NCBI GenBank assembly: GCA_963665125.2
Contig: CAXXUK010000001.1
Coordinates: 2,176,001-2,240,000, forward strand
Length of the DNA: 64,000 bases
Origin: an uncultured Desulfarculus sp.
GTDB taxonomy: Bacteria > Desulfobacterota > Desulfarculia > Desulfarculales > Desulfarculaceae
Reading direction: 5' to 3'
The position numbers were made by a program, and so were the translations under genes. The notes below the pieces were generated by a model. The model saw only the letters and a list, made by a program, of their open reading frames with translations. It made no database searches and was not told the origin of the DNA. Below are positions 14,104 to 22,033 of the stretch, in pieces (the first letter of the stretch is position 1; every line of letters starts with the position of its first letter).

Positions 14104-16209
14104 ATGGCAAAAAAGTCTCACAACAACACAGGTAACATCCTTGGCGATTCGAGGGCGGAAAAAGATAGCAGAATGCTAGATGCTGCTTTTATATCAACGC
14201 ATGATTTCGAAGCACTCGTTCACACAAAAGACTTCAATTTTGTAGTTGGGCGAAGAGGATCTGGAAAATCTGCATTATTTTTAAAGGTTTCTGAATATAT
14301 AGATAAGAAGAAAATGGGTTATGTTTATTGCAACATGCCCAAAGAGTATGAAATACTGGAATTACAAGAGGTGATAAATAAAATCACAACAGAATATCGA
14401 CTAGCTAAAGCAATTACAAGAGTGGCGTGGCGTCTTAGTATTTTACTTGAGCTCTTATCACAATTAGAAAGCCATTATAAGTTTCCAAATTGTACAAATT
14501 ATTCAAATCTTATCTCTATTATTGAAGCCAACAATATTCTACTAAAGCATAATATATTCAAACGAACAACTGAGTTGATTAAGCATGCATTGAAAAGCTG
14601 CACAAGTCCAACGGAATACCCGGGATTCATTGCTAATACTTATAATATTGAACAAATTAATGACTATTTATCTGACACTTTTTTAGAGATAAATAGAAAT
14701 GCATATTTCTTTTTTGATGGTCTGGACGAGGGCTGGATACCAAATCAACTATCAACAGCTATATTGGGGGGGTTATCTGCGTGCGCTGCCGATTTTGCAG
14801 AAAGAAATTGCAATACTCATATCGTACTCTTTATTAGGGATAACATATATAGATCACTCAACTATTTTGACCGCGATTTCTCACGTCATATCGAAGGTAA
14901 TACCCTCAGACTCAATTGGGATATGGACTCTCTCCTTCACCTCGCTACTAATAGAATAAGAGTAGCTCTCAATCTTGAAAACCTAGAAAGTAATATAAAG
15001 GTATGGAACAGATTCGCTCAAGCAGACCTTAAGGACAAAGCTGGGTTTGATTTCTGTTTAAAATATACATTGTATCGCCCGAGAGACTTAATTGTTTTAC
15101 TCAATAGCGCATATGTTCAAACAGCTCGAGGCGGTAGAAAATCGCTTATAAAAAATGATATTGAAGCAGCATCTAAACAGATATCACAAAATCGTTTATT
15201 TGACCTTCAAAAGGAATACGATGAAGTTTTTCCCGGCCTACCATATTTTATTGAATTATTTGAAGGAGCTCCTGCATTTCAAGATTACGGAACTGTCGTC
15301 AAATTATTAGAACAACATATTCAAAATTCAGATTTTGACTTTTACGGAAAAAGCGATTTTGCTATTCTGGGAACCGGTGAAAGTGCTTTCTTTGCATTAT
15401 ATAGCGTCGGTTTTCTAGGCATGGAGGACCATGTCACAAAAAAACTACAATTTTGCCACGATGGATCATCAGCGAATATTGATGCAATTAAAAACAACCA
15501 AATTACATGCATTCATCCTTGTTATTGGAAGGCGCTTGATGCTAGATCTGAACTTATAGAAGAACAAATCGTAATCGATATTTATGATGACAATGAAAAA
15601 AAAGACAAAACCACTTTTTCCGATATACGAACTAAAAAAATCGGCCAGCTCATCTCAGATTTACCCAGTATGGATGAAGGAAAGGAGATGGCATTTGAGT
15701 TTGAACAGTGGGTATATAGAGCCTTCCAGATCCTTTTTTCCGGTAAGTTGTCCAACATAGAACTTAAACCAAATTGTGATGCCGTACAGCGACGGGATAT
15801 TGTTGCCACAAATATGGCTCAAGAAGGCTTTTGGAAACGTGTCAGACAAGATTATAACGCCCGTCAAATCATTATTGAGGTCAAGAATTACACATCTTTA
15901 AAGGCGAACGATTTCAGGCAGGCTGTCAGCTATACCAACGATATTTATGGCAATTTTGTAACTATCGTCAACAGGAATCAAAACGAAGGGCTATCGGATA
16001 CCGAGAGAGGCTGGCTTAAGGAAATGTGGGACAACAAACGTGTGTTGGTGTTTATATTACCGGCCCCTCTTCTTGCGCAATACATTGGCAAACTTCGAAG
16101 CAGGCCTCGATTTGACTACTCTGAAAACAAATTAAACAAACGTCTCGATACTTTTCTCAGGTCTTATCTATCCCTACGACACGTAAAAAAATCGAAAATG
16201 ATCAATTAA
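14104..16209 (+). CDS. P-loop ATPase (Sll1717-like) fused to a C-terminal PD-(D/E)XK/Mrr-like endonuclease domain; candidate defence protein
   Basis: GDSRAEKD N-terminal motif, Walker A GRRGSGKS, Walker B FFFDGLDE, RPRD, and C-terminal FEQW...RDIV...IIIEVKN...RQ. Markedly AT-rich relative to the flanks. Confidence 0.75.
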   Translation: MAKKSHNNTGNILGDSRAEKDSRMLDAAFISTHDFEALVHTKDFNFVVGRRGSGKSALFLKVSEYIDKKKMGYVYCNMPKEYEILELQEVINKITTEYRLAKAITRVAWRLSILLELLSQLESHYKFPNCTNYSNLISIIEANNILLKHNIFKRTTELIKHALKSCTSPTEYPGFIANTYNIEQINDYLSDTFLEINRNAYFFFDGLDEGWIPNQLSTAILGGLSACAADFAERNCNTHIVLFIRDNIYRSLNYFDRDFSRHIEGNTLRLNWDMDSLLHLATNRIRVALNLENLESNIKVWNRFAQADLKDKAGFDFCLKYTLYRPRDLIVLLNSAYVQTARGGRKSLIKNDIEAASKQISQNRLFDLQKEYDEVFPGLPYFIELFEGAPAFQDYGTVVKLLEQHIQNSDFDFYGKSDFAILGTGESAFFALYSVGFLGMEDHVTKKLQFCHDGSSANIDAIKNNQITCIHPCYWKALDARSELIEEQIVIDIYDDNEKKDKTTFSDIRTKKIGQLISDLPSMDEGKEMAFEFEQWVYRAFQILFSGKLSNIELKPNCDAVQRRDIVATNMAQEGFWKRVRQDYNARQIIIEVKNYTSLKANDFRQAVSYTNDIYGNFVTIVNRNQNEGLSDTERGWLKEMWDNKRVLVFILPAPLLAQYIGKLRSRPRFDYSENKLNKRLDTFLRSYLSLRHVKKSKMIN

Positions 16210-16279
16210 ACTAATTATACGATACAGATAGTACAGATCCAAACAACCTATTTTGGTGCCAATGCCGATCTTTCTCACG

Positions 16280-16328
16280 CATTGACCGCCCCGCCCCATC
16301 CGCGCTACTGTGCCATACAGCAACCAGG
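16280..16328 (+). repeat. Direct repeat copy 2; probable sigma70 promoter of sulP (TTGACC-N18-TACTGT)
   Basis: Matches copy 1 at 13845-13893; ends 23 bp before ATG 16352. Confidence 0.88.
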
Positions 16329-16351
16329 CCCAGGCAAAGCGACCAAAACGT

Positions 16352-18571
16352 ATGAATGATCCCGCGCCCCCGAAAAAGTTCAGCCTGCTAAACGAGGTGA
16401 GCGGCTCCCTGGCCGCCATGGGTACCATCCTGCCCCTGGTCTTGGCCACGGGCCTGTTGGCCTATGGCCGTTTGGGCGCGGATTTCGTGCCCCTGGCCAT
16501 GATGACGGCCCTGGCCGGGCTGTGCCTGGGCGGCTTGATCGCCGCGTTGCTCAGCTCCAACCCGATGATGTTCTCCGGGCCCAAGAACAGCACATCCCTG
16601 CTGATAACAACCCTGGTCACCACGTTCTACGCCATGAACCCGGCCATGGACCCGAACCTGGCCTTTGGCCTGGCCGTGGCCGCCGTGGCCGTGTCCGCCT
16701 TGTTCGTCTTGCTGGTGGCCCTGTTGCGCCTGGGCTCCCTGGTCAACTACATCCCCTATCCTGTTTTGGCCGGTTTCATGAACGGCCTGTGCCTGCTGAT
16801 CATCATTCAGCAATTTCGGCCCCTGGCGGGCCTGCCCGAGGGCGCATCACTGTGGGATGTCATTGCCAAGCCCCACACCATCCAGGTGGCGGCGGCCATT
16901 TCCGGGCTGGCGACCATTGCCGTGATCATCGTGCTCAAAGCCAGGCACAGCAAACTGCCCTCGCCCCTGGTGGGCCTTGCCGTAGGGGCCCTGGTCCTGG
17001 CCGCCCTGGGCTGGCTTGGCCTGGACACCGCCTCGGTTGAGCGCCTGGAAACGGGGGCTTTGTCCCTGCCGCCCTATGCCGCCGTATTCGATACCCTGCG
17101 CAACAACCTGTCCAATTTGGACTGGCCCTGGTGGCGGGAGGTCATCAGCGGCGGCCTGGCCCTGGGCATGATTATCTGCCTGCAAACCGGCCTCTACGCG
17201 GCCAAGGTGGATGAAATCACCGGCCGGCGCGGCAACCCCCACCGCACCCTGTTGGCCAACGCCGTGGGCAACGCCGTTTCCGCCGTGACCATGAGCCTGC
17301 CGGTCTGCGCAATGTACATCCCGGCCCTGGAGGCCAGCCGCTACGGCGCCCGCACTCGCCTGGTCCCGCCACTGACCACGGCCATGGTGGCCGGAGCGCT
17401 GATATTCCTTTCGCCCCTGGTGAACATGATCCCCCTGTCGGCCATCGCGGGCATGCTGATCATCGTGGGCGTGGGCATGATCGACGAATGGAGCATCCAC
17501 TTTCTCATGCGCCTGGGCGCCCGGCTGCGCAACAAGCCTTCCCGGGCCTTGCTGGATTTGGGCGTGTGCCTGACGGTTACGGTGGTCACCCTGCTCAGCA
17601 GCGTAAGCACGGCCGTGGTGGTGGGCGTGGCCCTGGCCATTCTCCTGTTCGTGGTCAAGATGTCCTCAAGCGTGGTCCGCGACCACTACAGCGGCCGGGT
17701 GCGCTTTTCCCGCACGGTCTACAACTTTGAAAAAATAAAGACCCTGCGCCACCACGGCGTGATGCTCAAGATATTCGAGCTCAAGGGGGCCCTGTTTTTC
17801 GGCACGGCCCGGCACCTGCTCAAGGACGTGCTGGCCAATGTCGGCGAGGCCCGATATTGCCTTTTGGACATGCGCCTGGTCACCGAGATGGACACCACCG
17901 GGGCCATGAGCCTGTTGGCCCTGCGCAAGGAACTGACCGGAATGGGCGTGGACCTGTACCTGGGCCACCTTCCCGACGGCGAGGAGTTCCTGGGGCTGTT
18001 GGAAATGGGCGGCTTTTTGGAGGGTATGCCGCCGGACCGGATCTTCCCGGACACCGAATCGGCCCTGGCGCATGTCGAGGGCCTGATCCTCGATGAGAGC
18101 CTGGCCCCGGAGGACAACCCCCGGCCGCCACTGAGTCTGGCCGACACCGACCCAGCCAAGCGCCTGAGCCATGACCAGATAGAGGCCCTGGCCGCCTACT
18201 GGACCACCCACAAGCTTGACCCGGGCGAGGTCTTCATGGACGACAAGATCATCCGCCGTGACCTCATCGTGGTGCTCGACGGCGCCATGAGCGCCACTTA
18301 TCAGCGCAAGACCGGCCACAAGGCCACCATGGCCGAGCTGGTTCCGGGCAGCGTGTTCAACGTGCCGGCCTGGCTCAGCGGCCAGACATCGCTTCTGACC
18401 CTGGCGGCCACCGCGCCGGTCACCCTGCTGGCCATGAGCCCCGACCAATACAAGGCCCTGGCGGCCGACCACCCCAACATGGCCAACATCATGCTGGGCA
18501 ACCTGCTCCAGGGCCTGAGCATGCGCTTCCGGGCCTCCAGATGGGAGATCATGGTCATGGAAGACATCTGA
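16352..18571 (+). CDS. SulP/SLC26 anion transporter with STAS and C-terminal cNMP-binding-like domains
   Basis: SGP motif, YIPYPVLAGFMNG, many TM segments, STAS GALFFG...LDMRLVTEMDTTG and a cNMP-like tail. GTG 16310 lies within the promoter, so ATG 16352 is preferred. Confidence 0.88.
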   Translation: MNDPAPPKKFSLLNEVSGSLAAMGTILPLVLATGLLAYGRLGADFVPLAMMTALAGLCLGGLIAALLSSNPMMFSGPKNSTSLLITTLVTTFYAMNPAMDPNLAFGLAVAAVAVSALFVLLVALLRLGSLVNYIPYPVLAGFMNGLCLLIIIQQFRPLAGLPEGASLWDVIAKPHTIQVAAAISGLATIAVIIVLKARHSKLPSPLVGLAVGALVLAALGWLGLDTASVERLETGALSLPPYAAVFDTLRNNLSNLDWPWWREVISGGLALGMIICLQTGLYAAKVDEITGRRGNPHRTLLANAVGNAVSAVTMSLPVCAMYIPALEASRYGARTRLVPPLTTAMVAGALIFLSPLVNMIPLSAIAGMLIIVGVGMIDEWSIHFLMRLGARLRNKPSRALLDLGVCLTVTVVTLLSSVSTAVVVGVALAILLFVVKMSSSVVRDHYSGRVRFSRTVYNFEKIKTLRHHGVMLKIFELKGALFFGTARHLLKDVLANVGEARYCLLDMRLVTEMDTTGAMSLLALRKELTGMGVDLYLGHLPDGEEFLGLLEMGGFLEGMPPDRIFPDTESALAHVEGLILDESLAPEDNPRPPLSLADTDPAKRLSHDQIEALAAYWTTHKLDPGEVFMDDKIIRRDLIVVLDGAMSATYQRKTGHKATMAELVPGSVFNVPAWLSGQTSLLTLAATAPVTLLAMSPDQYKALAADHPNMANIMLGNLLQGLSMRFRASRWEIMVMEDI

Positions 18572-18599
18572 GCTTCGGCCTTTCCTTTTATCATCCGAT

Positions 18600-18888
18600 C
18601 CATACCGCCGTGTAGGTTCAATTATTCACCACAAGCGTATGTTTCAACGCGCCTTGTTTAAGGATTTCGGACTTCGTCGCCAGCCTCGAAAAAGGCCAAT
18701 GTTAGCCAAGTTTGCCAAGGCATCCGAACACCCGCGAGCCTTTCAGCGGTCATTATCGATAGCGACGACCCAATAGCGGCCCAAGGCCGCCGCCTACCCC
18801 TGAAAAGCCGAAGGGCAGTGCTTCAAATCCCGCCGCAACCCATACCACAGCGTAGGTTTAGCCAGTGGTTTCCTACATTTGCGTAGCA
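18600..18888. promoter_or_regulatory. Candidate activator-binding sites CMTAC-N6-GTAKG upstream of glnA (18601-18616, 18841-18856, 18872-18887)
   Basis: CATACcgccgtGTAGG, CATACcacagcGTAGG and CCTACatttgcGTAGC; same core as CATACatttatGTATG at 9279-9294. Confidence 0.6.
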
Positions 18889-18962
18889 GTAGCCACGTTC
18901 CACGGAATGGCTTGCTTTTAGATTTTTTAGTCCTCACAATAGGTTAACAAGAGGACCCCGAA

Positions 18963-18979
18963 TTGGCCCAAGCTTTGCT
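18963..18979 (+). promoter_or_regulatory. Sigma54 (-24/-12) promoter of glnA
   Basis: TTGGCCC-AAGCT-TTGCT with GG-N10-GC spacing. Confidence 0.82.
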
Positions 18980-19098
18980 TAGGTTCGGGGAAAGGCAGGT
19001 TAGCGCTCCGCGCCATAGGACTGTCCAAATATAGAGGTAGGACAGCCATGTCGGCGCGGCACATTTTTCCGTAAAAGACCCCAAGGAGGTATAAACGA

Positions 19099-20430
19099 AT
19101 GTCTGATCAGGCAAAAGAACAAGTATTAAAAACTGTACGCGACAACAACGTCAAATTCATCCGCCTGTGGTTCACCGATATCCTGGGCATGCTCAAAAGC
19201 TTTGCCATCTCCCCCGATGAACTGGAATTGGCCCTGGAAGAAGGCATGGGCTTTGACGGCTCGTCCATCCAAGGCTTTGCCCGCATTGATGAATCCGACA
19301 TGGTGGCCATGCCCGACCCCAGCACCCTGGCCATTCTGCCCTGGCGTCCGGCCGAGCAAGGCGCCGTGGCCCGCATGTTTACCGACGTGCTGAACCCGGA
19401 CCTGACCCCGTATGAAGGCGACCCCCGCTACGTGCTCAAGCGCACCCTGGCCAAGGCCGCTGAAAAAGGCTACACCGCCTATCTTGGCCCCGAGCTCGAG
19501 TTCTTCTACTTCAAAGACTCCAACGGCACCGAGATCCTGGACCGCGGCGGCTACTTTGACCTGACCCCGCTGGACGTGGCCAGCGACCTTCGCCGCGACA
19601 CCATCTTCGCCCTGGAAAAACTGGGCATCAAGGTTGAGTACAGCCACCACGAAGTGGCCCCCAGCCAGCATGAAATCGACTTGCGCTACACCGACGCCCT
19701 GACCATGGCCGACAACGCCATGACCTATCGCCTGACGGTCAAGGAAATCGCCATGAAGCACGGCTACTACGCCACCTTCATGCCCAAGCCCATCTTCGGC
19801 GAAAACGGTTCCGGCATGCACGTTCACCAGTCGCTGTTCAAGGGCGGCAAGAACGCCTTCTTCAACGCCAACGACAAATACGGTCTGGGCGACGACGGCA
19901 AGGCCTACATCGCCGGCCTGTTGAAGCACACCCCCGAGTTCTGCTCCGTCATCGCCCAGTGGGTGAACAGCTACAAGCGCCTGGTGCCCGGCTACGAAGC
20001 TCCGGTGTACGTCGCCTGGGCCCGCCGCAACCGTTCGGCCCTGGTCCGCGTGCCCATGTACAAGCCCGGCAAGGAAGCCGCCACCCGCTGCGAGCTGCGC
20101 TGCCCAGACCCGGCGTGCAACCCCTACCTGGCCTTTGCCATGATGATCTCCGCGGGCCTCAAGGGCATCGAGGAAGGCTATGTGCTGCCGGATCCGGTGG
20201 AAGAAGACATCTTCGAGATGAGCAAAAAGGAACTGGCCGATCACGGCATCACCAACCTGCCCGCAACCCTGGGCGAGGCCGTTGCCCTGACCGAGAAGAG
20301 TGCGCTGGTCAAGGAAGTCCTTGGCGACCACGTGTTCGAGAAGTTCATCGAGAACAAGCACGCTGAATGGGACGCCTTCCGCCTGCATGTCACCGATTTC
20401 GAACTGGAGCGCTACCTGCCGATCCTCTAG
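19099..20430 (+). CDS. glnA: Glutamine synthetase type I (short, GSI-alpha-like, 443 aa)
   Basis: FDGSSI, HHEVAPSQHEI, TFMPKP...NGSGMH, SYKRLVPGYEAP, RNRSALVRVP and ELRCPDP; AAGGAGGT RBS. Confidence 0.97.
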   Translation: MSDQAKEQVLKTVRDNNVKFIRLWFTDILGMLKSFAISPDELELALEEGMGFDGSSIQGFARIDESDMVAMPDPSTLAILPWRPAEQGAVARMFTDVLNPDLTPYEGDPRYVLKRTLAKAAEKGYTAYLGPELEFFYFKDSNGTEILDRGGYFDLTPLDVASDLRRDTIFALEKLGIKVEYSHHEVAPSQHEIDLRYTDALTMADNAMTYRLTVKEIAMKHGYYATFMPKPIFGENGSGMHVHQSLFKGGKNAFFNANDKYGLGDDGKAYIAGLLKHTPEFCSVIAQWVNSYKRLVPGYEAPVYVAWARRNRSALVRVPMYKPGKEAATRCELRCPDPACNPYLAFAMMISAGLKGIEEGYVLPDPVEEDIFEMSKKELADHGITNLPATLGEAVALTEKSALVKEVLGDHVFEKFIENKHAEWDAFRLHVTDFELERYLPIL

Positions 20431-20450
20431 GTCGTGCCTCCAGAAACTTG

Positions 20451-20486
20451 GCCGGGGGGTCCTTTGGGCCCTCCGGCTTCCTTTTT
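20451..20486 (+). terminator. Intrinsic terminator after glnA
   Basis: 12-bp stem GCCGGGGGGTCC/GGGCCCTCCGGC (2 G-U pairs) followed by TTCCTTTTT. Confidence 0.75.
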
Positions 20487-20576
20487 GCCTCCGCCGCAAA
20501 TTTCCTTTGCAACTATCTGCGATTTCTGGTTAATTTGTGTTCTTTGACCAAAACATATGTCATGGGACACTAGCCG

Positions 20577-21407
20577 ATGAACCAGGATAATCAGTACCCC
20601 GCCTTCAAACCGGGCGACAATGTGTATCTAATCGATGAAAAAGAACGCTACGGTATGATCGTGGTGCCCGAAGAAGGCGAAAAGATCAACTTCAAGGGCG
20701 ACAATTTCACCTCGGAGCAGCTCTGCGCCCTGCACGACGGCGAGTTGCTGCGTTCCAAAAACCACCGCTATCTGGTCATGCGCCCGACCCTGGAGCAGGC
20801 CATAATGAACATGCCCCGCCAGGCCCAGGTGATCTACCCCAAGGACCTGGGCATGCTGCTTGTTTGGGGTGATGTGGCCCCTGGCATGAAGGTGGTGGAG
20901 ATCGGCATAGGCCACGGCGCCCTGACCATGACCCTGCTGCGGGCCCTTGGCCCGCATGGCCGCCTGGCCAGCTACGAGGTGCGCCAGGACCACATCAATC
21001 GCACCAGCAAGAACATCATCCAGTTCTTGGGCGAGGACGCCCTGGAGCGCTGGGAGCCGGTATTGGGCGACCCGGCAAACGGTGAGTTGGTTCACAAAAG
21101 CTGGGACCGGCTGTTTACCGACATCCCCGAACCTTGGGAAATGCTGCAGGCAGCCAAGGAAGCCCTGAAGCCCGGTGGCGTGTGGTTGGCCTGGCTGCCC
21201 ACGGTGTTGCAGATGGTCAACCTGGTCGAAGCCGTCAGCGGCGACCCCTATTTTTGTCTGCCGGTATGCTACGAAACCATGCAGCGTTTCTGGCACATCC
21301 GCAAGCCGTCCGTGCGCCCTGTCCACGACATGAAGGCCCATACCGGATTCGTGGTTGCCTGCCGCCGCCGCTGGCGCGGAAACTGGCAGGATGAGCCTGG
21401 TTCATGA
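20577..21407 (+). CDS. trmI: tRNA (adenine-N1)-methyltransferase, TrmI/Gcd14 family
   Basis: MPRQAQVIYPKD, VVEIGIGHGALT, DIPEPW and VRP...AHTGF. Confidence 0.88.
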   Translation: MNQDNQYPAFKPGDNVYLIDEKERYGMIVVPEEGEKINFKGDNFTSEQLCALHDGELLRSKNHRYLVMRPTLEQAIMNMPRQAQVIYPKDLGMLLVWGDVAPGMKVVEIGIGHGALTMTLLRALGPHGRLASYEVRQDHINRTSKNIIQFLGEDALERWEPVLGDPANGELVHKSWDRLFTDIPEPWEMLQAAKEALKPGGVWLAWLPTVLQMVNLVEAVSGDPYFCLPVCYETMQRFWHIRKPSVRPVHDMKAHTGFVVACRRRWRGNWQDEPGS

Positions 21408-21433
21408 TATAAATTAAGTCGGAGAGCAACTTA

Positions 21434-21895
21434 ATGATAGTCTTCGACATAGAATGCGAAAGCGGCCATCGTTTCGAAGGCTGGTTCGACGATCTGCGAG
21501 ACCTAGAGGCCCAGATAGCCGCGGGTCTGGTGTGTTGCCCTGTGTGTGAAAGCACAAACGTGCGCCAGATCCCCTCAACGTTCGGCGTAAACCGGGCCTC
21601 AAGCGGCGGTAGCCAGGAAGACATCTCCCAGGCCCTGACACAGGCCCTCAAACGCTATGTCAAAGAAAACTTCGACGACGTGGGCACCCATTTCGCCTCC
21701 GAGGCCTTGAAGATCCACTACGGCGCGTCCGACGCCCGCAACATCCGCGGCGTATCCACGGCCAAGGAGGAAGAGATGCTCCAGCAAGAGGGCGTCAGCT
21801 TCTTCAAATTTCCGGACATCAGCGCCGGGGACGCGGAGCCGCCCCAACTCAGCGACGACGACGGCGGCGGCGGCGGCGATGACAGCGAAAACTAA
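21434..21895 (+). CDS. DUF1178-family zinc-ribbon protein
   Basis: MIVFD.EC..GHRFEGWF, CPVC, VG..FA.EA.KIHYG and RNIRG. Confidence 0.82.
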   Translation: MIVFDIECESGHRFEGWFDDLRDLEAQIAAGLVCCPVCESTNVRQIPSTFGVNRASSGGSQEDISQALTQALKRYVKENFDDVGTHFASEALKIHYGASDARNIRGVSTAKEEEMLQQEGVSFFKFPDISAGDAEPPQLSDDDGGGGGDDSEN

Positions 21896-22033
21896 AGCCC
21901 TCCATCGCTTGCGATATTATTGACAAAGTACACATATGTTGATACCCTGCGGCATGCTGTTTTCAAGCGGAGACGCACGGGTGTACTGTTGTTTGATGTA
22001 TGCTGATCAAGCCCCCAATAGGCGGTAGCAACG

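Noticed and set aside
13845..16328. IS, prophage or integron cassette
   Set aside because: No transposase, integrase, terminal inverted repeats, tRNA target or attC structure seen; the repeats are host promoter and gene sequence.
19126..20499. 457-aa ORF antisense to glnA, and similar long antisense ORFs at 32665-33885, 36605-37624 and 53876-56053
   Set aside because: They overlap better-supported genes on the opposite strand and have shadow-ORF composition.
20551..21940. ACATATGT palindrome in the trmI and cinA promoter spacers as a LexA/SOS box
   Set aside because: Only 8 bp, two occurrences, and it matches no LexA consensus I can vouch for.
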